Below, piece by piece: positions 1-12,828 of a stretch of 64,000 bases of DNA. The stretch comes from Lytechinus pictus (taxonomy: Eukaryota). How positions within the stretch are numbered: the stretch's first letter is position 1; every line of letters begins with the position of its first letter. Both the position numbers and the translations under genes were made by a program. Below the pieces are notes generated by a model that was not told the origin of the DNA, did not search any database, and worked only from the letters and a program-made list of their open reading frames with translations. Location: the NCBI RefSeq assembly GCF_037042905.1, contig NC_087250.1, positions 4,528,001-4,592,000 of the forward strand, read 5' to 3'.

Positions 1-1859
1 TAAATTTACATCAAATTACAATGAACTGCTGAGAAGTCTTTGTCGAAAATACTTTTTTTTTTTTTTGAGTAGATTCACGTCTTTGAAGATTTGTTTTTTC
101 CTAGCTTTTGCACCATTCTTGCCAAATGAGGGCGCTGCTGACTCTAAATAGATATAGTTATACCAATTAAAAGACTTTTTCTTACTTTGTAATACACTTA
201 GTTATATATCTTGAAAATTTGATGAAGTTTGATGCGGTATCCACTGAGTAAAGATGATTTAAACTCATTTGGTGAATTCGTGAGGTCTAAGAGAGGCATA
301 ATTCTCATGATTGCGCAACATTTCATATCATTCAAATACCGCAACTTTGAAGTCCCGTAGAAAAAAAATAAGCACATGAACCTATATTAGTTTTTGCATT
401 TTCATAATGCATAGATACCAAAGTAACTCTGTGCAGAATTTGGTGAAAATGACATGGACTTCATTTTAACTGTGGAACGTCCTTAAAGGAGCATCATGTC
501 TGTATTATAATATCACTACTTTATGACTATTTCAGTATTTCTTACCGGATGTATTAACCTTTCTTACAAATCAACAGAAATTAAAATTATGTCACACTCA
601 TATTATTTTCGGGCATGAAAAGCTAGAGTGTTAGAACTGACACCAGATGATGTCCCTAGTGGGCCACACCATTGGGTGTTAAAATAATTATGTCACACTC
701 ATATTATTTTAGGGCATGAAAAACTAGAGTGTTAGAACTGACACCAGATGATGTCCCTATATAGTGGGCCACACCATTGGGTGTTAAAATAACACCCTGG
801 AGATTTAACATAAACACCAGGGTGTAAAGGTAGCAACCAAATCTGTTGCAATAATACCCAAAGGCCTTACAGGTTTTATCACCAAATGTTATCAACAGAG
901 TAAATTGACTGGTGCTCCCCATCCCTATATACGTACACCAATTAACACCAGAGTTTTTGCTTTGACGGTTTACAGTGGTACATGGTCATAGAAATATCAT
1001 AGAGCCAAGAGACAATTTAAAATGCTACAGAATTGTACTTATACTAGATGAAACGTTTTATTCTGTCACTTATATTATATCTCACGAAAATATATGGTTA
1101 TTGTTTTTTTTCTTATACACCAAACCCACACACAAAAATAAAACACAAAATATTGGACTTACCCTTTCCTTATTAACACGCTTGTGAATACGTCTGGGTT
1201 ATGTTCCTATTATGTCTGTTATACCAATAATCCCTCTTTTCGAAGATGTCTCCACGCAAAAATGATTCACAAAGGCTAGATAATAACTGGAATAGGCAGT
1301 TATCCAGGAGTGCGGGTGGGGGTGTGTCCCTCTCAATATACATATACTTATTTGAGTTATTTTCGTGCAGAAGGAATTCACAAGGCTTGATGTGCCCCCC
1401 CCCCCCCCCGCCACTCGCTATATAATCAAATCTGTTGCAATAATACCCAAAGGCCTTATAGGTGTTATCACCAAATGTTATCAACAGAGTAAAATGACTG
1501 GTGCTCCCCATCCCTATATATGTACACCAATTAACACCAGAGTTTTTGCTTTGACGGTTTACAGTGGTACATGGTCATAGAAATATCATAGAGCCAAGAG
1601 ACAATTTAAAATGCTACAAAGGCTAGATAACAACTGGAATGTCTCGCTGATGATCAGGGAATATCTGCACCAGCATATAGGCAGTTACCCGGGAGTGAGG
1701 GTGGGGGTGTGTCCCTTTCAATATGGACATATATTTATTTGAGTTATTTTCGTGCAGAAGGAATTCACAAGGCTTGAATGCCCCCCCCCCCCGCCTCGCT
1801 TTATGAAATTCCCGTCACTATATACCGATCTCACCCCCCCCCCCCCTTTCCCGGACCAA

Positions 1860-2476
1860 GGTTTTCACACTTCTCTTTTTTTCCCTTAACCCCGGGAAAT
1901 TGGTGGGGCTAAGGGGGGTCTTAGCCCCACCAATTTCCCGGGGTTAAATAAGCTTAGCCCACTTCGTTTTCACACTACGTTTTAGCAAAGTGGGCTAGCA
2001 CGGTAAATAGTACGGTACTATCTGGCCCTGCAAAAAAGCAGGGTTAGCCGGCTTATTGTGGTGCTAGCACCACAATTGCGGTGCTAAGAGATGCAGTGTG
2101 AAACGAAACAGGGCTAAGCAAAAGTGGGGCTAAGCATTAGCCAATCACAGAAGTCGAAATTGCACATTAATCGCGCTCTGTATGGTAAAATCATCAATAT
2201 TTATGAGCTGTGTGATTGCCCGGGGTTAAGGCGTTAACCCTGGCTAAGCAAATAGTACGGGGTTAAGAAAGACAGTGTGAATCGAAAAAAAGATTGTATG
2301 GGGTTAAGGATAGTCCGGGGTTAAGGATAGTATGGGGTTAAGGAAATGCAGTGTGAAAAGCATATAAGGGGCTTTCACAATTGCTAGTGCGATCGTTTAC
2401 GATCATTCGGTCACAATACATGTTCCACACAATCGCAACGGTTGTACGCAGTCGCACCATCAATTGTGAAAGGGGC
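1860..2476. mobile_element. Two adjacent Harbinger-like MITEs (GGGGTTAAG-rich 1860-2361; 2368-2476 with TAA flanks)
   Basis: TTTCACAC/GTGTGAAA termini; CTTTCACAATTG/CAATTGTGAAAG TIR with TAA on both sides. Confidence 0.55.
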
Positions 2477-3003
2477 TAAAGTTATCATCCTTTGAAATCA
2501 GAGTTTATATATTTTCGAGCATGATGTCCACCATGTAAAGTCACCCCCCCCCCCTCGGGTTCCTACTAAATGTGGACTAACTGACTGGACTTTGAATCGG
2601 ACAAACAGCATTATAAAATGGTGATACCAGGGAATGGTCAACGGTTCCCTGGATGTACACAACGATTATGCGGAAGGAAGTCATGCATGCAGTGAATGTG
2701 CAAATCTCGTTATTGTGTGATTCGAAAAAAAATCGTTTTAATCTAGGGCAATGAAAGAAGACTTTAACAATGAGATGAGATAACAGGGAACGGTTAACAG
2801 TTCCCTGAATATACACAAACATTATGCGGAAGGAAGTCCATGGATGCAGTGAATGTGCAAATCTTGTTAAATGAAGTGATTTTGAAAAAATCGTTTTAAT
2901 CTACCAATGAAAAAGATTTATACAATGGGATGAGATAGGTTTCAAGGTCAACGATAACATAGATTACATAAATGTATGAGACAATTTCGTAATGGGAAGC
3001 GTC

Positions 3004-3314
3004 CTGGGGCCGATTGCACGAAAGGGTCTTTGCAAGGACCGTCTTTCGTGTCGCCCATTTTTTATGATGCGCCATGTGAAACGCATTTCTCATAAATTAT
3101 CTGCAAACATATTTTATTCGTCCGTTAAAATAAACAAAATATTTGTTTATAAAATGATGTATAGCTCATGAAATTGTATAAAATTTGATTATTAAGAGCA
3201 AGCTTACGAATTTTATTTGTTTATCATAAATTTCAGGAATTTATAGCGCATCATAAAAGATTGGCGACACGATAGACGGTCCTTGGAAAGACCCTTTCGT
3301 GCAATCGGCCCCTG
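3004..3314. mobile_element. PIF/Harbinger-like MITE
   Basis: Long TIRs GGGCCGATTGCACGAAAGGGTCTT flanked by CTG/CTG; inverted second copy at 38675-38992. Confidence 0.8.
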
Positions 3315-4510
3315 TTCTTTGCAATGTATACCTGATTGGTCCAATGTGATTTAAAAGGTCATCGGAGTTGGAACTTGCAGTAGTAAATTCAAGCGTTTTT
3401 CACATAATGTTGCCAAATAATTACTAAAATAATCATGTTTCTTTTTAATAAAATCTATTTCATTATTGTGTGACAACATAAAAGAAAGATGATATGTCGT
3501 ATTGGCTTGTAGATCAACATCGTCAACATCACTATCTACTTCTTCTTCATCATGATCGTCATTTTCATCATCATCATCATACATCATATCAACGTCATCA
3601 TTATCATCGTCGTCACCATTGCCAGTGTTGTATTGTTATCATCACCACAATCATTATTAAAGGGTAGTGAACTGTGTGTTATTAATACATAGTTTTCAGA
3701 TTTCTACTCATACTACTGAGAATAAATTGACCTTTAATTGTATTTGTATAGAAAAACTAAAAGGTTTTGAGTGGAAAAGTAATTGTTTTGCTACTTGGTA
3801 ACATAATTATTGCAATATAAATGTATCGAGTAGTTAATTAGCATGTTATCATTCAAGTGGGCCTATATTACTAGACTACACTAACATTATGGGTGAGGAA
3901 ACTGGCCAGGTATGAGTAGTCGAGGACTCAAGATGGCGCTATTTGTTCCTATCTGCTTTAAAACCAATAGTTCCCACTGTCATGATTCGCGTTACGATTT
4001 AAACAGTGGTCTAAATCGTAAGTTAATCGTAAAGTGATCGTGTCAGATCATATCAAATCGTGAGGTCATGCCAATGATTAATTGAAAAAAAAAACTGTTT
4101 GGAAGGCTCAAATTGTTTCACGATCAGCCACGCAAGGCTAATCGAAAGACACAAAGAACGATCTAATTGATAATGATGATGATGATAATAATGATATTGT
4201 AATTAGTGTTATTATCATTATCATTCCTATCATAAATATCATTGTTATCATTACATTGCCCTTTAAATAGACATTTCCTGTCTCTTCTTCATATCAGGAG
4301 CTCTAAGTTTACTATTGTGACGTAATAATCACGATTATATAGAGTCACGTCTTTTCGAACACATATCCATTGTTCTTTAAGGCTTCGGTTTGTTGGTATG
4401 GCCCCATTTTCTGTGTTGAATTGTGTCATGGAAGATTTTTCTGTAGCTTCAAGGTCGAGTTTGTGACAGAATACAAGTTCTGTAAAAAAAATTCGATGGT
4501 CATCACAGAG

Positions 4511-4725
4511 TAGTCTAGATCTGGACGCTAGTAGTTATTTGTACGGAAAACACTACACTCACTCACAGCGTACAGCTACACACACACACCCACGCACACC
4601 GTCTTCACTTCCTTCCACTAAGTGAAAAGGCGGTGTGTGTTTGTGTGTGTGTGTGTGTGGGTGTGTGCGGTGAGTGAGTGTGATGTTTTCCGAACAAATG
4701 ACTACTAATGTCCAGATCTAGACTA
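4511..4725. mobile_element. Small palindromic MITE (TAG...CTA termini)
   Basis: TIR TAGTCTAGATCTGGAC; inverted arms with CA/TG repeats. Confidence 0.65.
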
Positions 4726-4879
4726 AACAAAGAAAGGGACCAAACCATATTTGCATCGGAGAGGGCGTGTTTTGACCACACCTCCTTGATCATAATGATA
4801 TCTTCCAATGCAGAGGGGACACCTTGAGCCTGATGTATTGATTCACTTGATGTTGGAACGTTAAACGGGATCAGCATAA

Positions 4880-5880
4880 GTGTCATCGCGACTTAATGAC
4901 ATATGTGCGCCATATAAATGATGATCGCTATGAGGTTTGCAGAACGTCCATGTTATGACGTAAAAACTTCCAAGATAAGCATTATGTAGATGATGATCTC
5001 TAAGACTATCTTTTAGGAAGTCCATATTAAGAAGTAAGAACATCGCCTTGTAGATGATAATTTGAAGAAGGTACATCTAATGACGTAATAACATTCGACA
5101 TGTGCGCCATGTAAATTATGATCCCTGTGGGTTTTTTTAGAACGTCCATGATATGACGTTAAAACTTCCAAAATATGCGTCATGTAGATGATCTCTATAA
5201 AGTTTGAATGAGATACATCTTATGACGTAAACATCCGATATATGCGTCGTAGGTTTGGAAGAATTACATCTTGTGACGTAAATAATATTCGACATGTGCG
5301 CCATGTATGTAGATGATGATCACTAAGAGGTTTGAGGAACGTCCATGTTATGACGTAGGAACTTCCAATATATGCCTAACGTAGGCGATGGTGTCTAAGA
5401 GGTTTCAAGGACGTCCATGCCATGACATAAAAAAATCCAACATAATGCGCCATGAAGATGATGAACTTTAAGAGGGTTGAATGAACTTGACCTAAAAACG
5501 TCCAACATAATGGCATGAAGATGATGATCTCTCAGAGGTTTGAAGGGGTTCCATAATATGACATATGAAAACCTTCAACATATGCCTCATCTTGGCGATT
5601 GTGTCTACATGGTTGGAAGGTGGCCCATATTGTGACGTAAAAACATCCAACATAATGCCCCATAAACATGTAGATGATGATCTTCAAGAGGTTTGAACGA
5701 CCTTGTGACGTAAAAACGTCCAAAATATGCGCCATGAAGATGATGATCTGTAAGAGGTTTTGCGCCTAGGTCCATCAAATGACGTAAACACGTCCAAGAT
5801 ATATGGCATATCATAGATCATGATCTCTAAGAGTGTCGAAAGTGGTCCATCTTATGACGTAAAAACATCCAACATATCCT
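4880..5880 (-). repeat. Degenerate minisatellite, ~14 units of ~72-75 bp, in the 3' region of SDR A
   Basis: TGACGTAA-like anchors at about 4956, 5081, 5153, 5223, 5274, 5351, 5423, 5487, 5559, 5633, 5706, 5780, 5855. Confidence 0.85.
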
Positions 5881-6036
5881 CTGTCATGTAGTTCCTCAAA
5901 CACTCAAGGGAATATTTCCAAAGATGTTCTTGCTTCCAACGGTCGCTGTCAAAAATAGAAAAAGAAGAGGTCTTTCTAGTGAATTTAGAAAAACAAAATC
6001 AAAGATCATTGTAAAACTATTTGTAATATATTAGTG

Positions 6037-6067
<31 letters not shown>

Positions 6068-9000
6068 ATACATATGTATACTATAAAATATTTCATTTTA
6101 TTGGCTATATTTGTTTAATTCCATGCCCCCTGATGTTTTAGATTCTCCCTTTTTTATAACACCCCTCTTATTTTGTACACGGTTAGCCTTCCGTGCAAAA
6201 CAATTTAAGTCATGGAGCAAATATCCACACTTGCAAACCCTTTAGGGTATTTCGAACATCTATTTTCCTACTAACTAACCCCTACCAATATAATTTTCAT
6301 TTATTTATCAAAGAAAATAGCAGAAGGACCCCCTCTAAAAATAATAATGACAAATTAACAAATCAATAGATAAACAAAAATAAATAATAATAATGATAAT
6401 ACTAATGAATTAAAATAGAAACATGGATGAATAAATAAATAAATTAGAATTAAATAATTATGAAAAAAATTAAACACACACAAAAAAACTATTTTTTTTT
6501 CAAACCTACCGCGGTTGTGACATCAGCCAATGCGGTTTCGAACTTTCAAAATAGAGGGCGCTCTTGCCATCGTAGGTCGGATTTACAGCAGCGTGTAGTG
6601 TAGTAAGTGCGCCTTTAAATGGACTGCGCAGCATATCTGGTGATAAAATGACAGCACATTGTCAGAATCATAAAAATAATTTTCCAAAGCCTACATCAAA
6701 ATCATTCTCTTGCATATTTTTATAGTTTCCAAAAATGATGTGTAAGGGCTACTTTCGATTGAAAAAGGTAAAGGGTATAGTTACAATATTGTAAGCGTCA
6801 ATCCGTGACCCATTATATTATATTGACGATACTGGTGAGACTATTTTATAAATAATAAAAAACATGATTAAGTGTTGGAGTTTGTTTTTAATGTAAAACG
6901 TGTTAAACCATGATGATAATGACACTTAAATACACACACAAAATGTAACCTTATAGTACATAATGTAGAACAGAGCCGAAATTAAGGTAACTTTGCGGCC
7001 ATTGTGGCAACTATTAAGGCAACTTAACTTAGCAGCGAATCACAATTCAAGGATGCCATGTATGTTTAATTTAAAATGGCGAAGTTACCATGGTAATTGT
7101 TGCAAATCTTTATTTAACGGATTTGTGCAGAATTGTATATAACACGCACTTTGAATTTTGAACACAAAATATGACCCCGGGGGCCAGTCAAATATATTGC
7201 TGTACACACGCGTGACCAAAAAAACGCGTTTAGAGGGGTGTTTTTTCAGTTTTGGACGCGGTCCGCGCGTGGACTCGTTAAGGGTATCAAAAACACGGAT
7301 TTTCAAGAAAAATGATGGTTTTGAAAGACTGGTCAATGGTCAACCGCGGGATCAAACGTATTTAGGGTATGGTTTTTTCCCCCAAAGCTTTTTTTTAAGA
7401 CTAGCCAAACGTGTTTAGGGTATGTTTTTTCCCCAAGCTTTTCCCCCGAGGTCATATTTTGGCGACAACTTGTTTAGGGGCCTAAATGTGTAAATAAATC
7501 CCGCGAAAAACTTGTTTAGGGGGTTATTTTGCACACAGAGAAAAACTCGTTTAGGGGGTGTTTGGAAATTACCTGGTCACGCGTGTGTACAGCAATATAT
7601 TTGACTGCTCCCCCCTCCCCCGGGAATATGACAACATCGTGTAGTTGCACCCTTCGCACCACGAATAATAAAGCTTACGTGTCGACATGCCAAGTCTCGC
7701 AAACATCCGAGGCATTAAAGGAATTCGCTGTCCTTCCCGCTTCACAAGCTCCGTCTCCACAACCCCTGGGTGCAGCGAAAACACACTGATTCCTGATCCT
7801 TCCAAGCGTCTCTCAAGAGAAAACATTTGCATGATCTGTATACACAAATATTTAAAAACTTAAAGATCATTCGTTCATAAATAATAAGTATATACGTCAA
7901 CAGGCTCAAATCGGGTTACTTTGGTCATCGCTGAGCAAGGCTGCAGTTAGCAACCTAAAATTTCGGGGCAATTCTTCGGATTTTCTTTTTTTTTCTGTTT
8001 GTGTTGAGAGCAAACCTTATGTTAATAAGAATAATAATTTAATTTACCTCAATTTCAATAAACGTTCATTTTCTACAAATTCAAGAAAATATCAATTTCA
8101 ACATGAATTATGCAGAATCATTTGTCATAAAGAATGTAGATTCGTTAACATTAGAAGGCGTAAAATCCCCAAAAGCTAAAGTAAATAAACAAAATACAGT
8201 GCTTTCCAGTAACCTACTCTGAGTAGTGGTGTAATAACGATCCAACAAAATTAAGGGGGCAAAGCTAGGAAAGTGCTTGTGAGCAATTATTTGGGTCATT
8301 TATCATAAAAATCTAATTTTGGAATACAATAAATATCATTGTGTTACATTTTAAATCACATTTTACCCTTTTCTGATTCTCTCTTTCATTCATATCTTCC
8401 TTTTTTTTCCTTTTTTTTTTTGCTTGTGCAGCTTTAGCTCCCCCAACAACCATCGATAATCAGTGAATTAATGCCTCATGGAAAAAGTTGAAAAATATAT
8501 ATGTATATAAAGTTATACAGCCATTACACAATGAAAACTCAAAACTTATGATAACAAACATACCTGGTAAAGTTTTGTGTTGGAATAAACTGTGGTTTTA
8601 TTTGCAGTATTCAAACATTGCATATCGTCTTCATTCCACCTTGCAAAACTATACGCCAATGAAGAGACGAGAACGATCCTCGTGTTTGGACCGGAGCTCT
8701 TTAGCACCGGAAGTAAATGCAAGGTCAACAGGAAGTGGGACAGGTAGTTGACTTGGAAGTGAATCTCCATTCCGTCAACACTTGGTTCTTGTAATATCAA
8801 TGAAAGAGAAGAGGCAATGTTATCAAATATTAATTACTATATTTATATTGATAGTTTGCTTCCTTTGTAAACGATTGGAGAGGTGAAAGGTCACAGGCTG
8901 CCAACCATTACGTGTATGCCGTATCTATTGCCTTTTTTCGCAACCAAAATTACGGCATTTTTTCCCTCTTAGAATACGATTTTCTATTTTCTTATCCTTA

Positions 9001-12000
9001 TTAAAAAAAGTCACTATTAAATATCATTATTTCATAAAGCATACAACATTTTAGGTGATTGGGTGAATGCTACTTCAGGTGTCTAGACGAAAAGGTAATT
9101 TGTTAGTCTATATTTCAAAATACAGTTTGAGGATTACTGAATGCAGTTTCTCATTCCTAGCGCTTGGCAGGTATATCATTGTTTATATCCTACATAAATT
9201 AAATCGTGTATGCTGATTGGTTTTAAAAACATCATGTGACCAAACATAATTATTCTCACTATTTTGCGATGGTGTCGAAAATGAAACGCCCACCGAAGGA
9301 AATGTGCTATTCCGTGACGTCAATGATGATGGAATAGTCGACTATTCCATCATTGACGTCACAGATCATTGACACAGATCATGCAATCTCTCGGGTGCAC
9401 CGGTCAGCGAGTTGCATGACTCTTCCGGGCAAGTCCCGTGAAGGGACGGCGCAGGCACAAATCCGTTCCGCTGAGCGCGTGTTCCCGGGGAAAAGTAGTT
9501 CAGTCTGCGCAGCGCGTTATCTATATTTTAGTTCAGATTAAGAAAACATGAGCTACGTGTACAAGAGTATATAGACTATCGTTTTACCTTATTAAATGTA
9601 GGATATAAAGCAAATATACCAGGCTTTTATTTCGAAATTATAGAGGGAATTATTTATCCTCGGTTGTACTGGCCAAATTACTTTTTTTCCCTTAGGGCGA
9701 ATGCTAGTCCAAACTCAGAAAATGATTCCCACTATACTTACTAAAAGCCTGGTATATTTGTATAATGGCATTGTATTGTATAGGTTAGCACTTCATATGG
9801 CTTCTGTTTCTGTGTGTGTGTGGGTGTGTGTTGTGTGGTCTCGTGTCTACGTGTATGTGTTTGGTTAATTGGTGTTATTTCCCATGTTTTCTTTTTTTTT
9901 TCTGTATATTTATACTTTACCGTCAGGTCCGAATGCCATTCCGGCGTTACACACGAGGATATGCAGGTGAATATCTCTGGCTTTGAAAGATTCTGCGAAG
10001 TTCGTCGTACTTGCAAGGGACCCGAGGTCAAGGTTCATGTACTCAAGGTCAAGTTCCTCCACCTGGTTAATTAAGCGTAAGCTCGAATTGATTTAATGTT
10101 TGATAATCAAACTCTTAAACGGGTGATGAGGAGAAGTCAAAAACTAGCTAGAACGTTGAAGAAATTCTCTATTACATTTGTACCATTTCTGTTTGTTTTG
10201 ATTTCGATTCTGTAAAGTAAAGCCTGAACTGTCAATGCCATAATAGAATAACATACAAGCTTGATAACGATACATATATTTGTCTCAAGAGTAAGAACAA
10301 GGGAGATTCTCATATCATTTGAAGTTTTAATTTCGTCCAATGTTTATACTTTGGTTGTAGCATGGACCTACTGGCCCGTAATCTGAAGTCAGGTTTAACT
10401 TAAACCACGGTCTAACTCTGTGCTAAAATTATGGGGAGCCAAAAGTTCAAAAAATCTGTTTTTATTGTATATTTCTTATGTTTACTATTTTCCCCTTTCG
10501 CTTTCATAATGAAGAAAAATACCTTCTTTAGTTATTATTTCCAGACAACTATGAACAATTTGGATGTCATATGAGTTAATAATATTGAATGTGTACTGTT
10601 AGGGATTTGCGCTCCAATCGGCTCTCCATAGTTAAACCATATAGTTAAACCACAACTTTAGGCCAGGGTTTAACTCGAGTTCAGAATACGGCCACTGAGA
10701 TCCCGCTAGCAAAAGAAAAAGAGAGAGAGAGAGAGAGAGACTGAGGGAGGGGAGAGAGAGGGGAGTGGCGAAAACGAAATTACTGTTTAAATAGAGAGAG
10801 GGGGAGTGTGTAATCGGGGAAAGGGTGGTTTTTAAAAGGCTTGATAGAGTCTCACCTGTATTTTCACTTTCAGCCTCTTATTCAGTTCTCGTTCATCTTT
10901 ATGTTCTTCTTTCATACAATCGATTGCCTGCGTGAAATAAAAAATGATAATGACATTTATGGCAAATGAGCAGAATGCAAAGACTACATTGATGAAACAT
11001 TCTAATAAAATAACAGAAGTTCTCTATAGCAGATTCTCGAGAACACATGCAATCTCACTGCACAGTGTAATATTGCATGCATTGTGTAAAATTACAGAAA
11101 ACTGGTATTTGTTGTATGAAACCTTACAATTTTTTTGTGATAAAACGTCGTTTTTAGGATAGAGTTAATGTATATCATCTTATCTTATTCTACACAAAAG
11201 TTTACGTTACCCATCTTCAATTCTATCATCGAGTAAAGTAATGATACAAGATTCCTTGAGCCTATTGAAGGTTTACTTACTTCAAGCGCTTTCATCTCAG
11301 ACCTACATGCCATTATGACTCTAGCACCCATTTGCGCCAGGGACTTGGCCGTCTCGTAACCGATACCTTTAAAACAAAATCAGAATTAAATAGGTCTATG
11401 CTGGGCATACGGATATTAATTAAACAAAAATCCTTGTTGAAATCATGTGAATGAAATAATTTCAAATCATTTCCATCATTCATAGCTACTATACTTATTG
11501 CGTCTCAGTGATAGAAAAATTGTGTCTGCTAATAATGATAACAAAACGATGGTAAAGAAACACAACGATAACATTGACGCTATTTTAAAATGATAATGTC
11601 AATAACATCATTATTAATAATAATGATAATAACAAAACTACTACTAATAATAATATTAATGTAAGTTTTACTTTGAAATTAAAAAATGCCATTTCATATT
11701 CATCACATGTTATATATAATAAAATAATGTGTTTCAAATATTGAGGTTTTTTGCTCGTAAATCATGGTGGGCAAAAAATGGGAAAATACATGAAGATAAT
11801 TGAGGCCTTTGAAATGTGGTCCTATCGAAGAATGTGCCGGATATCATGGAATGAAAAGAAATCAAACGATGATATCCTGAAACTAATGGATCTCACACGG
11901 AAAAAAACTTTTAATATCAATAAAGGAACGCTAACTCTCATATTGTGGCCATACATGAAGACACGAATCTTTGCCAAAGAAAATCATGGAGGGAAAAATG

Positions 12001-12262
12001 CAGAAGGCAGAAGAGAACGGGGAAGTGAAAGGGAAAGCTGGCTAAGAAATATTGGAGAGATGACAGGCAGAAAGATAAACGAGATAGCACTGGACAGAGA
12101 CAGATGGAAAACCATAACATCCAACCTCTTTTAAGAGATGGAACAGCGGTAAGGTAAGGTAAGGTAATTGCTCAAACCTGCATTTGCCCCAGTAACGATG
12201 GCAACTCTTCCTCTGAGATCTACTTCCGGTAAGTTTGGCTGGGTGGTAAGGCGGGATCCCAT
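5852..12262 (-). CDS. Classical short-chain dehydrogenase/reductase, RDH11-14/DHRSX-like (paralogue A), 8 coding exons, ~328 aa
   Basis: Exons (minus): 12262-12178, 11366-11281, 10927-10856, 10062-9921, 8787-8564, 7835-7679, 6636-6510, 5945-5852; all GT-AG, total 987 nt, open frame. Motifs: MGSRLTT...VAIVTGANAGIGYETAK (TGxxxGxG), MACRS, LDLGSL, VCNAG, HFQVNYLSHF, VSS, YSNTK (YxxxK), LHPGVVETEL, ends LWKYSLECLRNYMTEDMLDVFTS*. Confidence 0.93.
7176..7624. mobile_element. MITE with CCCGGG termini
   Basis: TIR incl. AGTCAAATATATTGCTGTACACACGCGTGACCA; 8-bp TSD AATATGAC; related inverted copy at 57986-58503. Confidence 0.82.
10372..10693. mobile_element. Harbinger-like MITE; related copy at ~19736-19948
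   Basis: TIR GGCCCGTAATCTGAA / TTCAGAATACGGCC. Confidence 0.6.
11751..12167 (+). mobile_element. RTE-clade LINE 3' fragment with (TAAGG)n tail
   Basis: ORF 11751-12134 carries IEAFEMWSYRRMCRISW...EGRRERG..W...DRDRW, typical of the RTE C-terminus; ends in tandem TAAGG at ~12150-12167. Confidence 0.8.
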
Positions 12263-12613
12263 CTTTAGTCAGGTTAACGTCACCATTCCTGAGATGTGTT
12301 ATCAGATGAAAACAAATATCGAATTATCCCTTTTATTCTACAAAGGGGAACAACTCTACCCCCCCCCCCCATTGTCTGAAATTTGTTGTGGTTTCTCCCG
12401 TATTTTTTTTTCAAGAATGGCCATTTTAGTCATAATATACATGTATACATATACACACACACACACCTATATATGTATATATATATATATATATATAGAT
12501 TGTCATTGTTCAAAACCCACCTTCACCCGACAAAGGAAATTATAATTGGTATGGTGTCGAAAATCTGTCTATCTGACGGTCAATCGGATCGGGGTCGCCC
12601 TAGCCACTAACCC

Positions 12614-12685
12614 GTCTCTGTGGTCTAGTGGTTAAGGCACCGGCGTTCAAAGCTGGGGGCCCGGGTTCGATTCCCGGCAGAGGCA
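12614..12685 (+). tRNA. tRNA-like gene with TCA anticodon (opal-suppressor-type) or tRNA-derived repeat head
   Basis: 72-nt cloverleaf: acceptor GTCTCTG/CAGAGGC+A, D-arm GTCT-AGTGGTTA-AGGC, anticodon arm CCGGC-GTTCAAA-GCTGG, 4-nt variable loop, T-arm CCGGG-TTCGATT-CCCGG; T7 run directly after. Confidence 0.6.
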
Positions 12686-12783
12686 TTTTTTCGGCATCAC
12701 CAATTTTTCCAAAAGGGTAGATAGCTCTGGGGAACCTTAATTTAAGCTACGCCTACCATTGTTCTCTTCATCCATTTCTTTCA

Positions 12784-12828
<45 letters not shown>

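Noticed and set aside
1880..2345. Telomere-like GGGGTTA repeats
   Set aside because: Dispersed MITE subrepeats, not tandem TTAGGG.
4880..5880. CRISPR-like periodic array
   Set aside because: Whole units are homologous (no unique spacers), the repeats are degenerate, the context is eukaryotic and there are no cas genes.
12614..12685. Selenocysteine tRNA
   Set aside because: 7/5 acceptor/T-stem fold and 4-nt variable loop; lacks the long variable arm and 9/4 fold of eukaryotic tRNA-Sec.
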